Source: Lingula anatina (lineage: Eukaryota; Animalia; Brachiopoda). Taken from it: a stretch of 64,000 nt of DNA. A model generated the notes under the pieces. The model had not been told where the DNA came from, searched no databases, and worked only from the letters and a program-made list of their open reading frames with translations. Shown piece after piece: positions 43,218 to 55,700 of this stretch. A program made the translations under genes and the position numbers. The stretch is from the NCBI GenBank assembly GCA_051362555.1, contig CM120644.1, forward strand, positions 22,466,534-22,530,533, in the 5' to 3' direction. Numbering within the stretch: the stretch's first letter is position 1; every line of letters starts with the position of its first letter.

Positions 43218-43370
43218 ATTTCTTTTTTTATTTTGTTTCAGATTCCATTGTCTACACTCAGAAATGAAGATGTCTCCTGAAAAAGTGGCCAAGATCACTG
43301 TTGCCTGTGGAGTTCTCCCTAATATTGCCACCAATAGAGGAGACCCACTCCCCCGTGACGATCGGCATCA
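41289..43370 (+). pseudogene. Intron-containing PIF/Harbinger (HARBI1-like) transposase pseudogene
   Basis: Fragments IRERTFRR...ERLRFSK, IKFPT, PGVIGCVD*KHVKI, FVNKKG..INIQ, FTNINAMWPSGTYDS, LLGDGGYACKPFLWTPY...QQRYN, ERVFGQWKRR, FHCL...ITVACGVL.NIA. Contains stops, frameshifts and two GT-AG introns. Confidence 0.85.
41350..41571. mobile_element. Harbinger-type MITE inserted in the transposase 5' end
   Basis: ~35-bp TIR ccccctttacactggacggcgtcctttctgcgtcc; TTA TSD at 41347-41349 and 41572-41574. Confidence 0.88.
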
Positions 43371-43671
43371 TACATCATTAGTCAAAAAGGTTGTCCCAGC
43401 CCCATTTCCATATACTTATATTTAGAATTGATCACCTCACAGATGTAAATTATTATAAGCGGTGATTTTTTAGTCCAGATACTTTGTCTAACATGATTAT
43501 TAGTTCAGAAAATACAGAATAGTGGTGAAAATATGCACTTTTTAAACCATTTAGCAAAAGTTATAACAGGTACCCCCTCAAACCCAATGTTTCAAGGTGA
43601 TTTTCACAGATGTAAAGAAATGTCTATTAAATTAAAAAGACGTCGCATATACTCATTCACGCGCACACATG

Positions 43672-43715
<44 letters not shown>

Positions 43716-43719
43716 GAAC

Positions 43720-43880
43720 AAATGGAATCATGCTCCCCCTATTTCATATCATCATAAATTAGATCTCAGTTTTGCCACTTACCTTGGCAAGATGCATGTT
43801 GGCTGGGTAGCTTTTGAAATGGTCGGGTCATGAAAGTGTAGAAGTACCCCATTCCTTTGGTAAATGTAGCATGGCATGTT
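43720..43880 (-). pseudogene. Orphan exon 1 and promoter of a third SBP gene copy
   Basis: ATG CAT CTT GCC AAG|gtaagt at 43797-43783, homologous to the MNLAT exons at 26977 and 32574. Upstream 43880-44930 parallels 33165-37100. No downstream SBP exons found. Confidence 0.75.
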
Positions 43881-44147
43881 TTTCTGTGGCCGAGGTAACA
43901 TATATTTTCATAAAGCGTTCAGTTACCAGTTACTCGTCTTTCAGTTAAATTTACATCATCTGTAAAACGTCAACATACAGTTGCGGATATTACCATTCCT
44001 GTAATGGGATTTCGGCCATCATGACAACCATAATAGAAATTTAGAAATCCTACATGACTAACCATATTTTTCAACGGCAGTATACCCTTGTTTATTTTAG
44101 ATCCTATGCGGGTCATATCTTAACCATCAAAACCGGCCCCATCATAA

Positions 44148-44204
<57 letters not shown>

Positions 44205-44932
44205 CATAACACATCTCTATAGTCACACTCCTTGTCATCTTTGCAAAGCGGTGTTGTCGCATAAGAGAGGCTTATACGGTTTTAGTTGTAGTGGTAATTT
44301 GCGATGCGTTACATGTTTGGTCTGGCAACATAAAAAAGCATACAAGCGTACCCAATACTGTGAGTATAACCAGATTAGGCCTTTTCAAGCAATTTCTTCT
44401 CTTTGAATTATATTTTATCAGGGTTGTTCATTTCACATCATCATATATATTATCAAAACATATATTGAGACGATTTGATTTTTTTTCACATTTAAGGCAA
44501 AGCGTTTCAAAACGGGGTGTTGATAATGTGATCAGGTCACTTATAAAGATAAAGAAACAGATATTTTTAAAATAGTCTCTTTAAAACACATTGGCGGTTT
44601 TATAATCATTTTACATGATGCAATAAAGCATTATTTCACTTTATGTTTTACATGTTGATGTCAGCTAACTGCAGCCGTCAGGAAATCATATCTTTTCATA
44701 GAGAGGGTTTATTGTTTGAAGAAAACCGCTCATAGGGTCTTCTTTGCATTTTAATTTTCTAAAAGTGAATCAATAAAAAAGAAAATCAGACTGTCTGCCG
44801 GTTAAAAAGCAATAAGCATTTTTAAATGATTCATAAAGCCTCATAAAACCGTTCTACAGGCCCCCTACATGTACGTGTCTATGACTTCTGTTTACAATTC
44901 TTTTATACTACTGCAGCCTTAAGTTACAAAGG

Positions 44933-45265
44933 ACCGGTGAAACGGAATTGATGGTTCGTTACACAAAGTCCGCCTGCTTTTTGGCTATAATAGTTACAGT
45001 GGACCTGACCTAAGTGGGTCACAATTTAGGACGAGGCTTACCTGTACAAATGAAAAGGAAGCGGACTTTCTGTCATGGGGGACTCCCTGTCACGTTACAC
45101 ATGTCCGACCATGCATGCATAGTAGTCTTAATTAAATAAAATAAAATTAAGTTGTAAAGGACCAACGTGATTTTTTGATGTCGCAGGTCGTCTAGACCGT
45201 TATCATGTACCAGAAAGTCCCCCATGACATAGAGTCCGGATCCCATTCATTTGTCAGGCCCGTAG

Positions 45266-45296
<31 letters not shown>

Positions 45297-45766
45297 TGTT
45301 CGAAAGAACCACCCTTTTTGCTGGAGAAAGGTTCACTCTGGGTGAATTTTGATCTATGTACTTGAGGATTTTATGGTAAAAGGTCCACTTTTTCAGAAAA
45401 CGAACCCCCCCCCTCTGAGATTGCTGGCTACGGGCCTGTTTTTACTGGTGAGCCTCGCCCTAGATTTTGACCAACTTAGGTCAGAATAATCCTATCCATA
45501 TGGGGGGCAGACTTTATGTCACACGGACCCTTACACCCCATTCTCATAGATTAGATCGACCTACATTGGATCGACCTAACTCCCTGGGGGTTCACGCTAA
45601 ATAGCTGTCAGCCGGGCGGACACGAAAGTTAATTACCCCTTAAAGCTTGTAGTAGGCGGGGACGGACACTTAAGGGGGATTATCTGACAGTAATCTAGTG
45701 AGACTCCCCGCGGTGATAGATCGATCTAAAAGTTGTGAGAACAGAGCCTTAGTTTCGTGACACCGG
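44933..45766. mobile_element. Palindromic MITE carrying two nested MITEs
   Basis: Outer arms ccggtgaaacg...ggactttctgtcatgggggact / agtcccccatgacatagagtcc...cgtgacaccgg. Nested caggcccgtagcc...ggctacgggcctg element (~45255-45438, G-run inside) and a family-1 MITE at 45534-45748 (TTA TSD). Confidence 0.7.
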
Positions 45767-46503
45767 CAAGGTTACTTAGGAAGCTATTCAAAAAATAATA
45801 TACATTTAATAACCAACGAACAAACACTATAACCGGAATTTTAATTCATAAAAACCACCTTATTTTTTTAATGTTGTAATCATCAATGTGCTTGCCCTCC
45901 AGCATGAATACGCTTATTTTTATCTAATTGCACTGTACATCTGATACGAATTGTAAGGTACATGTATTATAACTAAGTGCAAGTGTAAATCCCCTAGGAC
46001 CTGCTCGAACTTAGGAGGACCTGCAGTTTCATTGTAGTGAAGGTCCTCCGGACACTGAGTACCTTCAAAATTTTACTGATATTGAATGCAGTTGTCGAAG
46101 TATATCACTGTGTTTACTGTCGTAGCGTACGTTAATTGGAAATAAAAAAATTGATAATCGACAATGAAGAAGGTATTTTATTCATTACATTTGCTGCGAC
46201 ATATTTTTTTTTTCTGTAGCTTGTTTTAAATTTATATGAAAAATATTTTTACTGATATGCGTATCCCAAAATTCCAAAATTGCATAAATACATGTACTCA
46301 GTAGGTAACAGAATTAATTGCCATCAGTACGCATTTTAACCATACATCTATGGGAATAGAACACCTCCAGGGTACACTTGCCAATGTCTGAGTCAACGGC
46401 AGAATATTGCATGTACATCTATTCAAGAAGCCCTCTGTCTATTTAAATCCTATGTAATGTATATACCACCAATCAGCTGTCAAAAGTTATGTAAATACCG
46501 AAA

Positions 46504-48003
46504 TTATGGCAAAGTGGCAGGAAATGTCATCACGTTCCGAGCACACTTCTTATTTCCCGGCTCTGAAAACATCACCCCTCGCCCCAAACCAGCCCCCCAC
46601 GATCTCTCTTTCAGAATAGCGTCGATTATCGTAAGGTCTCCGTAAGTCAAAAAAGTCCGGCTTTCGAAATGGATGACAAGTCTTGCCTTTCGGAATATAT
46701 TGCGACATGGAGAGCGGAAGTAGAACCAACGTCCGGTCACGTGGTTGCACAAAGAAGTGACGTAATCGCCGTACAAGATCTTTGCGCCTTCAGGGAGAAG
46801 TCCGTTGAATGTACCACTTGCCTTGAAATCTTTAATAACCGAAACTATCCAGCCTGAAGTCGAGGAATATATATGACATTTAGCTACAATACGGTTAACC
46901 TGTACGTTGCTACCTTTAATTAATTCAGGGTTGTTCATTTCGCATCATTAACACTAGAATCTATGCATATTACCTAAAATAATACACCGCTCAGTATGTG
47001 AACAAAAATATAATTATCAGACAATGTGCATCATTCAAGTTTCTTAATAATACATGTATATTTGCATTGCAAAAGAAAGAGAAAATAATAAATCAATACA
47101 AATGTGAACATCCCATCTTATAGAGGCACATAGTTAAAGCAAATTTTATGTTATACATGTAATATGAACTTATCAGAACCCCACATGTAGGTTATTTTTT
47201 CTTTTCATCTTTTCTTTTTGAGAGGTGTTCAAATATCGGATTCATTCAATACGTCTAAATAAATGTAATTAAAGGGATAGTTTTGGTCAAACAATTTATT
47301 CTCCTGGAGTAAACAACAATTTTCCATTTACCAATGATTAATGAATCAATTTCAACATTCAAAGTTAGTCCCTGTTCTTGTTTTTTTCTAAAATTTTGGT
47401 TTTTGGAAAATGATCTCTTAACAGACTATAGCCATCTATGGAGGTCACGTGGTCCGATGACAAGCTCAGATTTCAGAATAATAGCTATAACTGCCGTTTT
47501 TGTAGTAAAACAGAATATATTATATTCGTAGAGTTGTTTACAATATTTTTATTGTGAAATATAGATCTCATACGAAGAGTTATTATCCCTTTAATTCATG
47601 TTGAATCGTGCAGCTCATGCAGGAAATAATGTTGGGTTTGTGCACAGACTCTCGCTTACCTGACTCGGACACTGGGGTATTGAAGAACTGCACTTTATCT
47701 CCTTTACTGGCTGACACAAGCCTATACCTGGCGGCGGGGTCCAGGATGAAGGTACTGAATGTAAAGGCCCCGTCTTCACTAGTCACTGCCTTGGTGCCAT
47801 CTATGTACGCTTCGTCCGGTATCCCGGTGAAATCGATGCCGTATTTGTTCTTAAGAGATAAATTTATGTGTGGAAATTAATATTGTAAAACTTAAATTGT
47901 CTCTTCATAAGAGATACATTTTGCATATAAATCAAAAAAGTCGTATTATAAATAAACATGAATTATCATGACAATCACAATGCAAATGTGTATTGCCCTT
48001 TTC

Positions 48004-48040
<37 letters not shown>

Positions 48041-48420
48041 CGAGATCTGACGTAGTCTCACCTTTAACCACGCAGTGGCTCTCTTCCCCTCAGCAATGGC
48101 GTCCGTCTCAGAGCGACCAGCCAATCTCTGATGAGCCAGAATGTCACTGCGCGTTCCTTGGACGTTACTCAGGTCAACCGTTCCATCGATGACGAGAGTC
48201 AGGACATAGTTGTAACAAGGCGTCTCTGGTTTCTGACACGTGGACGGGAGTCTGCGCCAGGGAACATATTTGTAGAAGTACATGTATGGTCTTGGATAAT
48301 ATGTTCCAGTGGCGTCCACGCCGGGACTGATCATGGAGGCCACCAAGATGAAGACCAATGCGGAGAGGAATTTCCTATAGGAAAGATTGGAGCAGGCAAT
48401 TAGGTTATATTGTGTTAATA

Positions 48421-48472
<52 letters not shown>

Positions 48473-48558
48473 AAGAGAGATCTAAACCAAAGGTTAACAA
48501 ACTATTAATTACGAACACGCAAAACGGCTGCAACCACTCACCTGACTGAAATCTCCAT
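46504..48558 (-). CDS. Uncharacterised secreted protein, family X copy B (~289 aa)
   Basis: Exons 48558-48542, 48374-48062, 47849-47660, 46853-46504. Same phases and motifs as copy A. TATA-like at ~48598-48606. Confidence 0.85.
47273..47590. mobile_element. TTAA-flanked non-autonomous TIR element (Kolobok-like AGG...CCT ends)
   Basis: TTAA-AGGGATA ... TATCCCT-TTAA; absent in the paralogous intron of copy A (~40035). Confidence 0.7.
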
Positions 48559-50879
48559 GATATAAAGTTATACTGATAGTTGTCTAAGCACAACTCGTTA
48601 TATAATATAGAGCCCTAGGCGCAGACGGTAAAAGTATATATGTATATGCAGACTCGGGAATTGATAATAATGGACTCTCAAGTAACATTAGAGTTCGCTG
48701 AGTGAACACATTTGTTCTAAATGTATCATTTATTAAAAAAAGACACGCGTTCTTATCATAGAATGACAAGTTTTTATTCAAAGGCTTTTCTAATATCTCT
48801 TTAAAGTAGGGAAATGTCTTCTTATCACCCAAAATTGTGATATTGTATTTACACATTTTCTGCACATCCAATTTAACCATTCTACGCCATGTTGTTTAGA
48901 ATCTCCCTTTATATGTAAATATTTCATCAATGATCTGTTCTAAACAGTGAGAAAATGATTACAAACTAAAGCGATAAATTTACGTAAAACTGTTTGTTCA
49001 GCTTTTAGGTAACAGAGAGAAAGTTGTTTACAATATATAGAAAAATACTATTTTTGTCTTACTAGAGAGAAACAAAGAGCTGTATGAAGCTCTTTGTTTT
49101 TTAGATTGAGTCTCTAACTTACATATTTCCCTGTCAAATATATTTCCAACATCATGAAGACAATGAAAAATGATTAAAAAAATAATGATTCTAAAATTTC
49201 ATTTTAACTATATTTCAAAATCTGTCTTTGTGGGATATACTACATGCATAATTCAAGACACTCAATTTTAGCCCGTTTCATAGGCGAAACAATGCCATAT
49301 AGTAAGGATTGCATGGATATTTCAATATGTGGTCAAGGTATGATACAAAAAGACATTAAAAATGTATTATGAAAATAACAGACATTTATCAAATGATCAA
49401 AACACTTATTGATAGAGTTACATGTTTAGAGTCTGACATGCTTTGACAATTTTGTAATCATTACACAAGAGACAGTAAAGCATTATTTGTTTTTGGAGCT
49501 TTATGTCAGCTAACTGCAGTCGTCAGGAAAACACACTTTCATAGAGAGGGTTTTTGTTTGAAGAAAAACTCACATCACCATAATGTCTTCTTTGTATTTA
49601 AACTTTCTAAAGGTGAAGCAACTGAAAAAAAATAATAATAACCAGTCTTCAAGCCGGTTTTAAAGCAATAAGAAATTCTAAATGATTCAGGAAACCGTTC
49701 TGCACGCCTCCTACATGTTCGTGTCTATAAATTCTGTTTACAGTAATGTTATTTTATACTACTGCAGACACGGGAAACAGCCGCTCCGACCATAGCGGCA
49801 GGTTTTGTGATGTCACAGGTCCTCTGAAACGAAAGGGTTTCTTGGGGGGGGGGGGGGGGATCAAAATAATCCACATGTAATCAACGATGAACAAATATTT
49901 TAACCAGAATTTAAAATCATAAAGCCACCTCGTTTTGTTTAAAATGGTGTAATCACCAATGAACATGTCCTATCACTCATGCAGTATTTTATGACATTGC
50001 TCTGTGTAAAAGGTAAGTCGTTTTTAGAGGGGGGGCAGGGGGAGGCAGGTGGTGGGGCTGATCTCCCCTTCGCCTTCTGAAGAAAAAATCACACTAATAC
50101 TCCCCTCTTGAAATTAGAATTTTAACTTGCCGATTTATAATTCTTAACCATTCCAAATGACACTGTTTGACCATCGGCACGGCATAATCCCCACCACAAG
50201 GGGGCCGAGGGTCGGCTTCGAATCCAAGGCCTGTCATTCTTAAAAAAACACTGACCCCGCCTTCAAATCCCGGATCTGCCCCTGTGTAACCACCTGTTTA
50301 TCACGTTAAGCAGACAAAAATGATATCTTCTTAGTAGAATTAATTGACAGATATGCTTTTTCAAAATTTGCATCGTGTTACGTGCAATGTTGCATAATAG
50401 CTTTTACACGTTTGAACGTTTTAAAATGATTCCCTCTTCTTATGAGGCTTGCATAAACCAAAAGTGGCCCCACCTTTGTCTTCATTTCTCTTCACATTTA
50501 ACGTTCTTAAAATGATGCTTAGGTGGGGGTGGTTATTGTTCTCTACTCTTTATCAGCTAAGCCACAGATCGAACTTGGAGTCAATAGCTAACCCGCAATG
50601 GCGGCATGCATGTTATACTGCCCTTTCAACAAATATTTCTCGGCAACATGTGTTTTTTTTAAAGTCACGTCGCTCTTATTGGTTTTCCTAAACAATTAGT
50701 TTTTTTCATGCCCACCCCCTTGGGTCCCTGCTTATAATATAAACATATACTGTAGTACCTGGGAATACTTCACAATCGGCCGAGGGTGGGATTCTTATCC
50801 GAGGCTTGTCATTCCTAAAAAAAAAATAGTAGCCCTATTCATATAATCCTGGATCCATCCCTGGAGAGACTCTCAATTT

Positions 50880-51440
50880 AATGTTTGGCTATTAGATAAG
50901 ATTGTCACCTAAACGGCTGACTTTTGGTTGCCTTGATGCCTGTGAAAGGGATTAACCCCTTATTGTGTACTGCCTAGGGTGCAAGCAGGGGGTGGCCACG
51001 TCTCTGTTTTAGGGAGCATTTCATGCCGGTACCCAGAACCAGTTGGTTTTTCTAGGAGGCAACCTCAACCAGGATTCCTACAGAGATATTTTACAGCAAA
51101 CAATGCTTCGATTTGTAAGATCTATCTTCAGGAACTACTTTGTACCAGGACGACTGAGCTCGCAGAATCACAGTTTTTCTTCAAAATCAATGGGTTCAGA
51201 AACTGCCCTGGCCTGCAAACTCCCCAGATATAAACCCGATTAAAATCTGTGGGCTGAAGTAACTCACAGAATCAATAGCTATGGTCATCGGCCGGTAAAT
51301 AGTGATGAACCACGACAAGCAAATATCACTCCATGGAATGATATCCCCATCCAAACTCTAAAAAAAACTTGTCACAGGGCATGCCATGTAGGATGAGGGC
51401 GCTGAAAGCGTCCGCTTGAGGTCATACCTGCTGTTGGTGA
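50880..51440 (+). pseudogene. Degraded Tc1/mariner transposase remnant
   Basis: GGGHVSVLG, GNLNQDSYRDIL, WP...SPDINPI*NLW-like and W..IP..TL..L...MP.R..A.....GHT segments, with frameshifts. Confidence 0.7.
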
Positions 51441-51855
51441 ATTTTCATGATTTACTGTAATGAGCTTTTTGACTGTGTAACTTATCACTGTCCGGAGGCT
51501 ATCGTTTTCTTTAATATCTTAGCTTAAAGTTAATAATGACATCAAACTGTTGATATGGTTTTCTGGGGTGTTCTTTTCTCTTGAATGACATCTTATGTCA
51601 TATTTGATATTATTGACCAACATATCTCACAATAGAAGACTGGATATTTTTATCACACATTGACACACTTTTTTGAGGAATCAAGCCAAAAAAAATTAAT
51701 CTGCACTCAAAAATAACAATGATAAAAAATATTTCATATTAAGTAGCAACCCTGTAATTGGCCATACAACAATAAGTTGATATTTGAGAGTTAAGAAGGT
51801 ATTTTATTCAATACATTTACTGTGACATTTCTTTCTGTTTCTTTATTTAAATATA

Positions 51856-52443
51856 TGTCAAAGGCCCGGATCAAATCTAGTCCCATGCATAAAAAGCCCA
51901 GACCCCATGTTTATTACGCCCTGGCTGGGCCCATTCTTTATGGTGTCTTTGCATTGTTAACAGCATAATATGGGCAAGTTAAATGACCAAGTTAATTGGC
52001 CAAGCTGCCGGTTTGTTTGTATGGCATGTGCAGGGGATGTCTTAAATCAAGGTACACATTATGATACTTACAGGTGTGGCAAATGAGATATACTTGTATT
52101 TCATTACCTGTGATTTGTAAAATACATCTGAGGATGATACTTTTAAAGATGTTTAATGTTTAAAGAAAAGACATGTAGATTGATTTAGTAACATTTACTA
52201 AAGATATGTTAAATTAAAGATGGGCTTCATTTGTGCCTTGATCTAAGACATCCCCTGCACATGCCATACAAACAAACTGGCAGCTTGGCCAATTAACTTG
52301 GTCAATTAACTTGGTCACCTAACTTGCCCCTTATGCTGTTAACAATGCAAAGACACCATAAAGAATGGGCCCAGCTAGGGCGTAATAAACATGGGGTCTG
52401 GGCTTTTTATGCATGGGACTAGATTTGATCCGGGCCTTTGACA
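51856..52443. mobile_element. Foldback MITE with ~200-bp TIRs
   Basis: TGTCAAAGGCCCGGATCAAATCTAGTCCC...GGGACTAGATTTGATCCGGGCCTTTGACA flanked by TATA. Empty sites at ~38950 and ~46235. Confidence 0.88.
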
Positions 52444-52700
52444 TATATAAGAAAAATCTGATTACAGATAACTGCATCCCAAAATACCAAAATTTCATTA
52501 ATATATGCAGGTGTTAGGATAAATCGCCATCATACATATATGCATTTTAACCATATGGGAATACAACACTTGTACTTGCCAATGTATAAATAATCTTCTG
52601 AATACTGTAAGTCCGCGTTCCATTCAACAAGCCAAATGTCTGTTTAAAACCTATGGAATGCACCACCAACCAGCTGCCAAAAGTTCTGTAAATACCGAAA

Positions 52701-55700
52701 TTATGGCAAAGTGGCGGGAAAAGTCATCACGTTCCGAGCACTCTGCTTATTTCCCGGCCCTGAAAACATCACCCCTCGCCCCAAGCCGACCCCCAAGGAA
52801 CTCTCTTCCAGAATAGCGTCGATTATCGTGAGGGAACCGTAAGTCAAAAAGGTCCGGCTTTCGAAATGGATGACGAGTTTTGCCTTTTGGAATATATTGT
52901 GACATGGAGAGCGGAAGTTGAACGTACGTCCGGTCACGTGGTTGCACAAGGAAGTGACGTAATCACCATATAAGATCTTTGCACCTTCAGGGAGAAGTCC
53001 GTTGAATGTACCATTTGTCTGGAATTCTTTATGAACCGTCACTATCCAACCTGCAGTTGAGGAATATGACATTTAGCTACAGTACGGTTAACCTGTATGT
53101 TGCTATCTTTATTCCAGGGCTGTTAATTTTGCATCATTTACACTACAGACTTCACAAACAATACAGAACATTTTAGTTTCAAAGGTATGCCTAAGATCTC
53201 ATATTAGATAAGTGAATGGAGAAGTGTATACTCAGGTGTGTCGCTACAAATTAACTGACTACCATGTCTGTTGCACTGCGGCATTGTGTAATATACAGTG
53301 ATTTAATTGGGAAGTGCTCCTTTGGGTTGCTCAAAGCTTGGATTTGGCGAGCATGGTTCTATCAAAAAGGCATAGAAGAATTTGAATTTTTACATGCAAT
53401 CGTTCGGATCTGCAGTGCGTAAAATGAGTTAAGCAGTGATTTACAAAATCCTAAATGTGACCGTGTAATATGACTGGTTATTTGCTAAATGCTTCTGCGT
53501 TGACTCTCGTGAATGTTAAGTGCTTACACATCTCTTGAAAATACATCTGTGCATTCCTGTAATAAAATATCTACAGCTGAACATTCTTCCCGATTAATAA
53601 CAATCTTGTTTACCTTACTTTGAGATAAATGATTAAAATCATTTGTTGCATCTGTACACTGATTACACTAGGGTTTTTAAAAACATGCCTGTACATGGCA
53701 TAGCATAGAATGAGGTGAATTACAACAGAATGGAAAATTCAGATTGCTTACCTAAATCGAATTCAATCAATAAATCGAACTCAGTGAATCAATTTATCAA
53801 GAAATCTAAGATATTTGTACCGAAGATGACTGAAACATTCTTATCGTAACGGGTATCGGGCACTACCAACAACAGACAGCTAATAAGACCAGATACTCCT
53901 GGTATAGAAACATCTACCTTCATACGTCCAGAATATGGTAATTGATGACCACCTGCAACTTTAATGTCTAGGTTACAAACGGATACTTGTTGTCCAATGT
54001 TTTAAAAGCACTCTCCCATATTGTGGAAATATTCGAACCTGTGTCTAACAAAGTCGAAAAAAAAAAAACAAAAAAAAAACAAAAAAAAAACAGAAATGTC
54101 CAAATGGAAACGAGGCATTCACTAGACTTGCCAACAGCGTTTTTGACTTCCCTTCAAACCTGCTCATAGTCTGGATGACTGGTGCTATATTTTGGCCAAA
54201 TTGCTCAAAATGTGGAAAAAGCATGAAACTTGGCACAAATGTTCTTTGGTCTATGCTGATCATTTTCAAGGGCAGTGCCCAAAATTTCAAAGCGTTGCTT
54301 AGCAACCGTTGCTATGGAAGTGAATTTCCTTAGTAACAAGCTAATTAGACCTTTCTTGTCCAGTTTCAATGGTTTAGAAATGCTAATAACTATGTTTCAG
54401 GGCATCAAAACTATCACTAGACTATTTTAAGGCAATTAAAACCCAAATTAACCTTAGCCACGATTGCTAGGCAGCATATTACCCTAGCAACAAGCATTTA
54501 AAGTTTTGTTAGTCTATTAAGTAAGGCAAATCTATAATACAAGCTAAGAACTACACTTTTGAGCAAGATGTTCATACTTTTAATCCAGTAAGTTGAAACA
54601 AGTGTGTGTTTACACACATCCGATCAAATACATTGCCAGTGCAGATACTTAAGGCAGCATGTTCGAAGTTAGTAACCAGCCATTTCCATGCTTTTATCAC
54701 CTTACGACTCTTTATAAAACTTTGATAGTTAAGGCGTTAGATTCTCCCTTGTATGTGCAATATACAGTGCATTTTGCCCTTGCACATTGTCAGCCTCTAC
54801 ATCTGCACCTACATGCATACTGGAGCAACTCTGGGCAGGTCAATAGCTTCTGGCAAATGTGTCCACAAGGGTCCACTGTTCCACACAAGTCCAACCAGAG
54901 TGAGCACATGGTATCTGATGACATGGCATTGTAGTGCTGATTCAGATATGTTCATCTCGCAAGAATACCCTTATATTGTTGTAGAGCAGCCTTGGTGGAA
55001 GTAAGATATGGCATATAACGGCCTTTGGGTGTGAACAGAAACTTTTGCACTTCATTGATTAACAAAAAGAATTAAAATAGAACCATGCAGGTGTATTTGA
55101 GTTACTTGGTAGAGAATAGAAACTGACAAAATACAATTTGAAAAAACTTTTTAGAAAATATTGAACAAAATTAAAAAAAATATCTTGGAAAGCTGGTCTC
55201 TGAGAAACCTTTCAATAATAGGAAAGTCAACAGTGGTTCAACCTTTAGTATTTCTCATCTTACGTAGTGCATGTATAAACTCTCCTACCAGCCCCCCTCC
55301 CTCAATACTTAAAAATATGCATATCATATTTAACTTTATCAGGAATGGAAAAAGATACAAAATAAAATGAGCAAGGATGGCGTCTGATTACAAAAAATGG
55401 ACGGTAAAAGGTACCGCAAATGAAAATTTTACTAAGGCCCTAAACTTTACATGGCTTAAAAGACTTCTTTATGAAGAAAATAAGAGTAAGTGGAGAGCGT
55501 TTTTCTCGGCGAAATGCTAAGAATCGGTAGTAACAAAACGTGAGTTAAAAATACTAAAAGCAACTTCTTATCCCTTTTGGCAAAGATTATTGGTTCTTTG
55601 AGTGAAATTCAGGAAGATTTCAATTTAACCCCAGATGAAATCCTATCACAACCATTATGTCAAAACTCAAAAATTGAAAAAAATTGAAAAACTATTTTCC

